In this document: one piece after another, positions 1 to 10,868 of the stretch | Numbering within the stretch: position 1 is the stretch's first letter | How the letters are laid out: each line of letters starts with the position of its first letter | Made by a program: the position numbers and the translations under genes | DNA from: Intoshia linei | Lineage: Eukaryota; Animalia; Orthonectida | Assembly: GCA_001642005.1 (NCBI GenBank) | Contig: LWCA01000166.1 | Coordinates: 1-45,437 of the forward strand | DNA length: 45,437 bases | Reading direction: 5' to 3' | The notes under the pieces: model-generated | Databases searched by the model: none | What the model saw: only the letters and a program-made list of their open reading frames with translations | Told to the model about the DNA's origin: nothing

Positions 1-357
1 ATTTTTTCTGGAATTTATGCTATTTGTGACAATTTTTAGGATTGGACTGTTTTTCATATTATACACACATTTTGTCTAATAAATAAAAAAAATGGAATAA
101 CAATTGTTTTTAAAATTCTTTACGCAAACAAAAAATTAAGATGGAATAATTCACTTTAAATTAAAAAGTAATGTGATATGATATGATGGTTCCACTTGAA
201 ACAAGTTTGGCAACTACTTTTTTAAAAAATTGATAATAATGAATAATAAGATTCTTAAGTTAGATTTTCAACGTAAATTTATTTTGTGGGTATAATAAAA
301 ATGTGCACTTGGTAGAGTTAGATACTGTTTATACGTAGTACACAACACTCAAGCTAG
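1..357 (+). mobile_element. 3' part of a dispersed Helitron-like repeat; inverted second copy at ~18278-18645
   Basis: Bases 1-357 align nearly end-to-end with the reverse complement of 18278-~18645. Both copies end ...gtagtaca(c/t)aaca(c/g)tcaa(g/t)CTAG|T, the CTRR-then-T 3' terminus typical of Helitrons. Confidence 0.7.
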
Positions 358-372
358 TATATATATAATTAT

Positions 373-423
373 ATTGTATTATAATACAATTAAATGAAAA
401 CTATAATTATAGTTTTCATTTAA
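373..423. repeat. Abutting perfect palindromes (18 bp at 373-390; 34 bp at 390-423)
   Basis: attgtattataatacaat and ttaaatgaaaactataattatagttttcatttaa each equal their own reverse complement. Confidence 0.9.
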
Positions 424-1372
424 CCCTGTCATACTTGTGAATTTTTACTTTTAATTTAAAATTTCATTAATACGATTGAACAGAATCGTAACATAGAAGG
501 GTACCATAGTACCTATTATATAATATCAAATTTTATTATTTAAAACTTGTTTTATTTGAACAAAGAATGTTACAAAATAAAAAGGAAGCAAAATATGGAA
601 TACAGATAATTTCAATATTTTTTATTGTAAACACTTTATTTGTCCTAGTAATAATAAAGAACGATATGAATTCATTATATGAAGTTTATAATAATTCAGT
701 ATATAAAAAGAAAAAATTTTTGTAAAAATAATAAAATATTCCCAAAATCTTTGGACAATAAGACAACATTAAAATTGAATAACGTTATTAAAGTTAAACT
801 TAAATAAATTAAAGAACACGATGAAAAAAAAGATACATGAAAAAGTAAATAAGAAATAAAAAAAAATTAAATTAATTAGGAATCCGTTCAATTATAAAAT
901 TGATGAAATGTAATGTTTATTATTATAAAATTTACAATACATGTAGTTAATATTTTAAAGATAACTTCTTTACTTTGTTTCATTTATTAAATAATTTAAT
1001 AGAATAAACCAGTTAGTGGACAATTATCAGTCAGTTATTTCTTACTTAAAAGTTAATTATTTAAGGAGGATTAAATTAACTATTCATTTGTCAATATAAA
1101 AATTAATCAAGTTTTCAATTTTTTATATCTTAATACAATAAAGATTATCAGATTTGACATTAAATTTAATTGAATCTGAAAAATAATTATCCTTCCTTGT
1201 ATATCAAGTAAATAACATAAGTTGGATAACAATGTAATTGGTCTTTTTGTAGTTTAACATTTTTTTAAGAAATTAAGAAGCGTAGACTATTATAATAATA
1301 ATTCGAATATAATTATTAATACAAACATATATAAAACTTTTATTTACACATTTTTATAAAAAAACAAATATA

Positions 1373-2230
1373 TTATTCATAAAATTCTCGTCTAAAGTTG
1401 ATGGCAACACTTCTATCTATTTGGGCCGTATCAATCTTGTCAACTTTGTTTTTTTTAAATTCATCATTTAATTTTGCCTTTTCATTTTTTTTATTCTTTT
1501 CTAATATTAATCCTAATCCACGCCGATTGCATTTGAATTTCGCTTCAACAGGTTGCTTTGTACCCTGTTCATGTAAGCCTAATCCAGATTCTCCATCCCA
1601 TCCAATATGCTTAATCATTTTATATCCAATTTCATATTTTTGGGACAAGTCAATTTTTGGACAAGCAGTACAAGATCCATCTCTAATGGCCTTTTTTGAC
1701 AAGGCGTGTAAATGAATAATTTCCATTTCGTGTAAATCTTGCTGTAAGACATTGTATCTATTTTTACAAATTTTGCACTTTTTAATATCCTTTTGACTAT
1801 TGTTACCATTTTTTTTATTTAATCTTTTTTTAGATTTTTTAATCCTTTTAATTTGCCGTACTGGAAATTTAAAAAGTTCAGGTTTTGGTGATTTTTCATT
1901 TTTATCAATTATGGATTTTATTTGATCAAATTTCATGTACTTTGAAAGTAATTGTATTAAATAAGTCGTATTCATTCTATTCATTATTTTAAATATATTG
2001 TCGGTATTAATTTCTTTGGTTAAATTTGCAGTGGCTATTGAATCCATTAATAATTCAACACACTCTTTACTACCTGCAGCTACGGCTACCATTAATGGAG
2101 TCCAATCAAATTCATCTGTTTGGTTTAATGTGGAAGAGTATTCTTCTTCCTTGGTCAGTTTTTTTAAGTCTTCATAATTACAGTTTTGTAGAACATGAAA
2201 TAGTCGTTTCTTACATTTTTCAATATCCAT
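1373..2230 (-). CDS. GPANK1: G-patch domain and ankyrin repeat-containing protein 1-like (single coding exon)
   Basis: Ankyrin repeat (TDEFDWTPLMVAVAAGSKECVELLM), CxxC..H..H zinc-finger-like motif (CKICK...HEMEIIH) and G-patch (IGYKMIKHIGWDGESGLGLHEQGTKQPV...RRGLG) in the order known for GPANK1/BAT4. First ATG at 2230. Confidence 0.88.
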   Translation of the reverse strand: MDIEKCKKRLFHVLQNCNYEDLKKLTKEEEYSSTLNQTDEFDWTPLMVAVAAGSKECVELLMDSIATANLTKEINTDNIFKIMNRMNTTYLIQLLSKYMKFDQIKSIIDKNEKSPKPELFKFPVRQIKRIKKSKKRLNKKNGNNSQKDIKKCKICKNRYNVLQQDLHEMEIIHLHALSKKAIRDGSCTACPKIDLSQKYEIGYKMIKHIGWDGESGLGLHEQGTKQPVEAKFKCNRRGLGLILEKNKKNEKAKLNDEFKKNKVDKIDTAQIDRSVAINFRREFYE

Positions 2231-2654
2231 CAAGTTAGATTATATATTTTTTTGTCTCATATCAAAAGTATAGATAAGATATTGTAAGTTACCATATTTT
2301 AAATCTACTTTTTTATAACTTGGCGATATCAATTTAAAGTAAAATTTATTGAAATGAATTGAATGCAAAATTTATTGTCTATTCATGACTGTTTCATTGG
2401 ATATACACTTGTAGTTTATGACTACATTGAATAAATTATAATGCGTTGCTTCAAACATATCAACAACTTATGTTATTTAAGTGTCTGTCTGCTTTGTACG
2501 CTAATTGTGTACAGTGTTGCCATATAAAGGTAAAGTCTTCATTTCAAAATGAACATTTTGGAATTGAATACAGTAGTGTTTTAATTTAACATTTTGACTG
2601 TATGTTCCATTTTGTATACAATGTAAGATGTCGCTTTTAATTTATAATTTAAAC

Positions 2655-4325
2655 TTAATTTGGTCAGGCGAAGTACGAAAATTTTATTTTAAAAAAAATA
2701 ATAAATTTAAATGAATATAAGTTTATTTTCATTGATTAAAAATCAGTATTTTATAAAATTAAATACATAATGTATTTTTATAGTTGTATAATTAGATAAA
2801 AATTCATTTTGAATATTTTAATTATAATTGTTAAGTTTTTTTATACACATTTGTTCCAATTTTTCATCAGATTAAATAGTCATCCATGAATTTTAAAGCC
2901 CGTTCTGCTATTTCGTTTGTGTACGAAATTTTTAGCCTTCTGCTCAAAGTGTTTTTGCAGAGCCAATGCTTGTTCAAACATTTAGCTACAGTTAGATAAT
3001 TTAATAGCAATTCTGCTTATAAGGAATCCCATTCTGCAAATTTTTGAAATCTGCATGTAAACCAATTTTAGACCAAACATTTGCTATAAAATCACAAATT
3101 TGTTTCATCTCTGGTGCTCTATTCATATTTAAGATGTATGATTTCAATGCATATAATGCTTTTGCATTCCAACGAGAATTAGAAATGCACCCGGCTTTTT
3201 AAATTTAATAATTGGATTTTTTTGGTATTTTAATAGAATTTTATAAACGTCTATTAGTTCAGATAATTCTTTGTAGTCATTACGTCAATTTCCCTGTAAA
3301 TTAGCATTGTGTTCTATATTAATTTCTGCGATATATTTAGATTTTATAATAACAAAATTTTTTGTAAGTTTTGTTACAAACGAAAATGGAATATTGGGCG
3401 AATTTGTATTAACTTGAAAAACAGTATAAAAGACATGTTTAAGTATAAGGTCTAATATATGAAACCGACAACCTTCGTATGTAAAATCTGGCAAAATCTG
3501 TTTTAACTAAGTTATTACACCCTGATGAATACCGGTGTTGGAGCTTCTTCTGTCGCAAATCACCATTGATATTTTATCATTAATATTAAATAACTCCAAG
3601 ACATTTAGAATTTATTGGTATATTTGAAGACCCTTATTATTTAATGACCGTAAAGCAATAAGTATTAAATAATTTTCTCCAGAAATACGAACAGCCAGTT
3701 GCTCAGTTTTATGGCCGTCATATCTAACTATTCTTTTGCCGTCAAAATGTAAACACAAGTTCTGGTTAAACAAAGCTAATCATTTATTAGAGTTTATTTA
3801 ACGGTTTTTAAAATTTGGTTTAAATTATAAAATAGTGCACTTTTACTTGGTATATTTGATTCATTGTTGGACAGTTTTAGAGTTTAATTTATTTTTCGAA
3901 TAGAGGTATTTGTAATAATGGATGCCATATCAGCTTTTTGTACTGATATAACACCAATTTAAGCGTATTTATAATCTTTATCATGTAAGTCATATGTATG
4001 AGGTGCAATTAATTTTATCACAGAAAAATTAAAATCTTGGTTTTTTATTCGAATCCTTTTGTTGTTTATAGAATTTTATTATATAATTCCTAAATAGTAA
4101 TTTTATAAATTTATAAATATTCTGAATTTCCAGTGAAAGCAAGTATAAAGGTTCGATATGTGATTTTGTAAATTATTTATTGAATCTAAATTTATTTTGA
4201 TACGCTTAGTAATATCGATTTTATAAAAAGCGTGAATAGTAATTCAGGTAATATTCATAAATAACTTCATGTTCATACTGATTTATTATTAAAATTTAAT
4301 TCGGTCCGCGCCTGACCAAACCTTA
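2655..4325 (-). mobile_element. Decayed TIR DNA transposon, hAT-like (hATm-type) transposase remnant
   Basis: TIRs tttggtcaggcg (2659-2670) and cgcctgaccaaa (4309-4320). Minus-strand fragments LHFDGK, SSNTG, GCRFHILDL (CxxH motif) and KPG..SNSRWNAKALYALK are broken by stops and frameshifts. Confidence 0.75.
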
Positions 4326-4609
4326 ATATTATGATTTACAAATGTATATATAATATCCTTGAGGTAAATGGGAAACATTGCCGGGGTATACTTTTTCTAT
4401 AAAAAAAAGTGGGATACTCTAGTATACGGTTGTGAATCACATCACAACATCACAACTTGTGATGTTATTTAGATTGTGAAATTTATGGAATTTCTGATTT
4501 AAATGTATACTTGTGTAATTTCAGTCGTCGTCATGAAACTATAATTACACACTTTTCTGGCAACTGATTGTGTATAATAAATCATATCTAAGCAAACATA
4601 AACAATAAT

Positions 4610-7600
4610 ATGGCGTTTTTAGTAAAGAAAAATGTTTATGACGGGCAGACAAGCATTTTTGATATTATTCAGGAAAATAATAAAACTTTGGGAAAGGTTG
4701 ATATCTAATTTTTTATAATTATATTTACAATAGAAAACTTTTCATAATAGATTGTATGTCATTAGTAAATTGGGTGATATGAATAGAGAACAAATTGGCT
4801 GTAAGTCTTACTTTTTATATACATTTATCAATTGATCCTACACTTGATGAAATAATGATATTAAAGCAACGTGTGGATTGCATGTATCAGATACTTACAT
4901 TAATTTTTTTTACGATATTAATAAATATAAAAAAACTAGTAAAATTCCAACGAAAATATAAAATGAAATTTAATTCTTAATAAAACCTTCAAGAGACACT
5001 TTAAATAAATGATGAAAAACTGCGTATATAAATAACAATCATAAAAAAATAAAATTTTTAAATTGGGCCCATTTTATAGTCACGTGGTTGGACCAACTAG
5101 GTTACTTAACACTGCACTGATTATCAATGATATTTTTTAATGTTTATATTCATTATTTAGCTGGATATAGCAGTTATATTGCTGATACGTTCAACAATAC
5201 CGGTGATAATCTTACAGGGTTAATGATTATATATGAAAAAGTGGCAGTTCATATTTATGAGGTACAGTTGTATATCAACATGAAAATTAGAGTGTTTTAC
5301 ATTTAGATAAATTTTACATTTTAAAAAAGCTATGGGGTATATTTTGATAGTTTAAATTTGACACACTAAAGTTTAGTGACTAAACAATTAAAACGAGACA
5401 CCATTTTAAAAAATTTTATCGTTACCGTATGTATAATTTAATTTAATAATAATAAAATACGGTTAAATATCAAAATGAGACAGGGTACTGATCATAATGT
5501 ATGGATGTAATCAAATAAATAATTTAAGAAGGGTACGGAGGTTAATGAAAAATTTTGATGGTAGAATACACAATAATATAAAAATTTGAGGATTTTGGTT
5601 TAATCTCGTTATAAATTAATTTAACATTCATTTTAGTCGGATATGAATGAATTATTAAATGTAATAATAGAATTAAATAGAAGTTCGGTAATTTTAAGAA
5701 AAAATTAATTTAAATGGTAGAATATAAATTTTCCAAACATTATGGACCCCATCAGAGCCGAATCTACCAGATTTAATTCACCTGAAAACAAAACTGGGTA
5801 CCTAAAAATTAAATTTTCGCTAACAATGTGTAATACCATACAACCCTTAATCACCCCAATATGAACTTAGACGGTCTTGGAACCAGGTCCGTAATATCAA
5901 AATTTTCTATACTGGAAAAACTGGAAAAGGCACTTATTATAATTTTATTGCCAGATTTTTCTACCCAGTAGGGCCTAAACTGTATAATTATTTGATTATT
6001 TTGTAATATTATGTATTAAAACTTTTTTATTTAGAGCTGTTTTCTCGAATCTAAAATTTTGACTATAACATATGATATATCCTTTAATATCACACAACAT
6101 AAACATAATATATATCAATAAAATATATGCCAGTTATATCAAACCCTTTGAACATTCACGGTGACATGAAAATGAGAAATATATAAGAAAGTATTTTTAA
6201 AAAATACCCGAAGTAAATAGTAGTACATGTATACAAAGTAACTACTGAATGAAATGAAAGGATATACTGTTAATAAATTGATTTGATAAATGTGGGTGAG
6301 GTCTAATTAGATACAGCTGGCATAATTTAGATAAATTTACAATATAGGTTATATCGAGCTAGATTGTTATCTTTGTAAGAAAAGTATAATTCCAGCAGCG
6401 ATGAAATTGCTTTTAATTTGAATGAATACTCTTTAAATGTTTTGAATGTATACTAGGGCTATTTCATTTTGTAATATAAAAATGACATAAATAGAAAATG
6501 AGCGCCGCTTAATTTTCTGCAGCATGATATTAATATTTTTAATTTTTATCAAAAAACCCCCCGTTTTGAAATTTTCATTTTATGATTTCTCAGTTAGTTT
6601 ATTAAAAATTTTAATAATCCGTTGTGTTCATAAATTTAAATAATACCAATTTTCAATATATCTGAATTTATAACACTTTTAAAAATGTCGAATATTGAAA
6701 TGATTTCATTATTTGAAAGTTTACAAGAAATGTCCAAAATATTTTCATATTTTGTTGAATCAAACGGTATAATAACGACAATTAAACCTTGTGAAAGATA
6801 ATTTTCGACATTAGTTAATGTTAGTAAATTAACTATTAAAGTTGAAAATATATGTTCAAAAACTATAAACAAATTTAATTTAAATTTTTATTAATTTTTT
6901 ATGTAAAAATGTACTTATGTAAAAAAATAGTTAGAAATATAAATAGTATTTAAGGTAATAAAATATTCACAAAACTGATGAATTAAATTTTATAATTTTT
7001 TAATTCGTTTTACTTTTAATATTATAAACTTAACAAAATTATTTTTTTATAATAATACTTTAAAAATATTTGAGTAGAAGCATTTAAAATATTTTGACCC
7101 AGTTCATATAAATTTATGTCTTTTTTGAAATTATATAATTTTTTTAAAAATGACGCAAAGTTTGTCCGTCAACTGTGTCTAAAATAAAAGATTTTTTACT
7201 GATTTTTTTTAATTATTATGATTAGTGTCACATGAGCTATGTTATATCTTAAAATTATAACAAATGCATGGTAATTACGGAAATGTTACTATGAAAAATG
7301 TTAAGAAAACAGAAAAAGGTGAAGACGCTTTTTTTGGGGGATTTTTGTAACGAAAATAAAAAAATTATATCATTCTGTAGCAAATTAAGTGGAGATTATT
7401 ATCTATAGATCTATTGTCACAGAATGAATAATTGTTCTTCATTATTACAATATTAATCAATGTGGATATTTGATTATGGGTGTTGATAAGTTTTGTTTTG
7501 ATATTACATTTATTTATAAAGTTATATTTACAATTTTGCTCTACGTATAATTGATAAACCACTCTATTTGACTTTTTTTATGAATGTTGATTAAATTAAA

Positions 7601-10185
7601 ATATATTTTATATATTCAAAAACATTTAAAGTTGATGAATATTCATGTAATTGAAGTAATAAATGTTTTTTAAATTGGCAATCTAGCTTTGATTAATTAT
7701 ATTCCTTATTTATCACATTCCCTACCTATTTTTTCAATCATGGTTAAATATAACATTGGACATTGAAGAATCACAAAAAGGAGAAGGTGAGGTGAACGAT
7801 TCTTCATTAAATGTTGTAAATGACGTCATTGGGGAAATTATGAAACTTTGTGTCCTAATAGCTAATAGGGTAAATTTTCATTATGTTAAATACTTATGTA
7901 TATATATAAATATATATACTAGAATTCTAAAACACGATCCAAAGCATAAACTTCAAAATTAATAACAAATAAGATCAATAACAATCATGCAATAATAGCT
8001 TTTAACTAAATTTCATGATAATACGATGCAAAGTTAGTGTTCGGATTGTGATTCTTACTATGTTGCAGACTCTATTTATAATAGAGTCTATTACATTTTA
8101 TATTATTTTGTCAATTTCGGCCAGGGGATTTTTCCTATAGTCTTACTGACGGTTCTTTGGACTTTTGTTAACAAAAGCTTATACGCCAACTTCTAGTTTA
8201 CATGAATTATATTTAAAACTATTAACTAACAATATATAAACTTACTTTCAAACTTCACCTTATTATGATTTTATGTCTAATCTTGTGTATTATCTTAAAA
8301 ACACAGTAAAAAATGATTTTAAAAACTATTCACTATTTATGTTATATATAATTTTATATATTTTTTCATTTTTAATAAAAAGGGTAATTTGGAGGTTTGA
8401 AAGTGAAGATAAAAGATTTTGAAATTGAAATTTATCATTTTGTGGATGATATTAAAATCTCTATCATATAGTGTATTTTGTATAATTCTAGGCTGGCGTG
8501 AATTGTAAAAAAGGATAATTGGGATTTTTGACTAAAATAAAATTAAAAATTGTTAATTATTTATTTTTTTTTTTTTTTAAAAACTCAATTTCTGAAAATG
8601 AAATTTGCGATAAAACATCACCATCGAAAAACTTTAATAGACTTTTTAGATAGATAAAACTATTAAGATTTATTATCTATTATTATCTATTATTAATTAG
8701 ATAGACTTAACTCTTCTTACTTTCTTAAATAAACTGGAACAAAAAATAAATAAACAGATTTATATTTTTAACTAAATTACTTTATTAATAAGGATTAATA
8801 TAATTTATAATGCAAATTATATATTGAATTTCATTATTGTCAAAAGTTTTTATATATTTTATTTTTCTTGGATTTCAGTTATTTTCAAAAATATATAAGG
8901 AAACAGATTATCTTGAAAATGCTTGGTACTGTTTGTAAATGATACTAAACTCTCAAAATTGACTTGAACATGAAAATTTAGTAATGACAAATATATAATG
9001 ATGTAACGAATAATATATAATTTTTCGTTTGATATTAAATATATTTTCTTCCAGATTAGTAAAAACGAAGATACAAATGTGAATGAAAATAAAAATTTAC
9101 CTTATCTTCCTTCAAGTGGTATGAATAATTAATAGTAGTACAGAATTTTAATAGAATATTTTACAATGAATCCAATTATTTTAAAATTTTTTGATGGTAG
9201 AGGTATTTTGTATTTATCAAATAATTTTGAAACAAAATTTAAATTAGTTTACTTTTAAGGAAAAGGGTTTGATAGCAATACACACTGTGTCAATTTATTA
9301 GGCAAATCTAAAAAATTAAAAAATTCGTTTCAAGGAGTGGACTAAATTCTTAAATTTTTTTTGGGGAATGTGCAAAATAGTTTATGACAATATTTAAAAT
9401 GCAAACAAAAAAAATCTAATACAATTAAAATTGAAATAATTGAATATATATAAATATTAGTTAATACAAGTGTGTCAAAATATTAGGCAAATGTAATGAA
9501 TATAGGTGAATGAAGTGGAATTTATCATTAAAAATTAGTTCTAATATTTAATATAATTGCCATGAACTTGTAACACCTTAATGAGCCTAGCATCGACAGA
9601 ATTGGTCAATTTCTTGACACGTTCTGGTATAATAATTTGACACACTAAATTATGCAAGAAAACGATAATAAGTAGATAAAAAGTTTTTTTCCATATTAAC
9701 TATTTATTTTTTAATAAATAATATTAGCATGTTACAAGTCACCGAATTACAAAAAAAAATAAATATTTTGGCTAAATCTTTAGTGTATTACATAGCTTTA
9801 TATGATTTGCCTAAAAATTTAACACAGTGTGTATTATACATCATATATAGGTTCTGTATCATTTTTATTGTCAAATAAAGAAGATTTTATAAAATCTCCT
9901 AAAGAATTTATCGAAATATATCAAAACCCACATACATGCAAACCATATAATGGTAAATGATTATATTTTAAAGTTTTTAACTTTGCTTTAATTAATGCGA
10001 TCGATGTCGATGCAATATTTATGATACGCATCTAATTATTTATATTATTATATATATAATATGTATTAATGAATGTATTATGTATATATTTATATAGTTT
10101 AAATTAAAATACACTAATTCAATACTAATTCAAGTTTTTAGATATGATATGGCCCATTTCAAAGCATTCATACAGAATCACTTAA
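4610..10185 (+). CDS. TEX47: TEX47/DYBLUP(MOT7)-like BLUF-fold ciliary protein, ~9 exons (4610-4696, 4734-4800, 5161-5261, 5637-5687, ?7632-7646, 7687-7869, 9055-9118, 9851-9952, 10142-10185)
   Basis: Spliced peptide MAFLVKK...KTFHNRLYVISKL...NLTGLMIIYEKVAVHIYESD...SHSLPIFQSW...PYLPSSGSVSFLLSNKEDFIKSPKEFIEIYQNP...DMIWP parallels TEX47 motifs (HRxxxVA, VTGLLLxYP..xLHxxES, SH.IP..F.QW, PxxFxxxYxxP, VWP). GT-AG phases are consistent except in the middle: the junction after 5687 is uncertain and one extra T lies in the run at 7729-7734. Confidence 0.75.
9281..9831. mobile_element. Tc1-family MITE (551 bp) in a TEX47-like intron
   Basis: TA|cacactgtgtcaatttattaggcaaatc ... gatttgcctaaaaatttaacacagtgtg|TA: ~28 bp TIRs, TA target duplication, and an internal direct repeat of the TIR at ~9470-9492. 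Confidence 0.88.
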
Positions 10186-10868
10186 AGTTTTCCAATATTA
10201 TTTAAATAAATAAATGTGTAATTGAACTGCTTTATCCAATTCAATGTTTTATTATAAATTATTCATCATTAAATGTATTGCATTCTTGATCATGTCAGGT
10301 TCGGAATACGGCATTTTCTGACGATTCTTGTGAATTCCGTTGACTAAAAATGATACGCGAACTCCTAGTATACATACATTATATCTTCGCCTATTATTAG
10401 TAATACTATTATTTTATTTATTATAATAGTAATAATCATGATAATTACAAGAATCCTTATTAACAAATCATTGTATATTATCCCCTTCCTAGCTTATCAC
10501 AAAGTATATAAAATTAAGCATAATGCAATTGATGCTTGCTTTAAATTGTCCTTTGCTTACTAAATGAGTATACGAGGTTGAAACCTCAAGTTTCCAAACT
10601 ATGAGGTCATTATTGCTTACAATAACATTAACAAATAGGGCGTCGAACCGTCCATTTTAAACACTATTGTTTCTACCGCACAGTGTAGTTCCTGTTGACA
10701 ATTTTTTATAAGTTTTGGAATCGTGTTTCGAACATATATTTTTAATCGCGTTCGTAAATAAAACATAACCACAATCCGATAAAGAAATTGTTCCGTATTA
10801 TACTGAATCCTATCAAATGTAAATTAAAAAAATTTAATTATAAAGTGACGATAAAAGTAAATAGAAAT

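Noticed and set aside
420-430. TTAA-CCCT piggyBac-like left end
   Set aside because: No matching AGGG-TTAA right end with an extended TIR was identified nearby.
1398-2238. Small ORFs overlapping GPANK1
   Set aside because: Alternative-frame or antisense shadows with F/L/I-biased composition.
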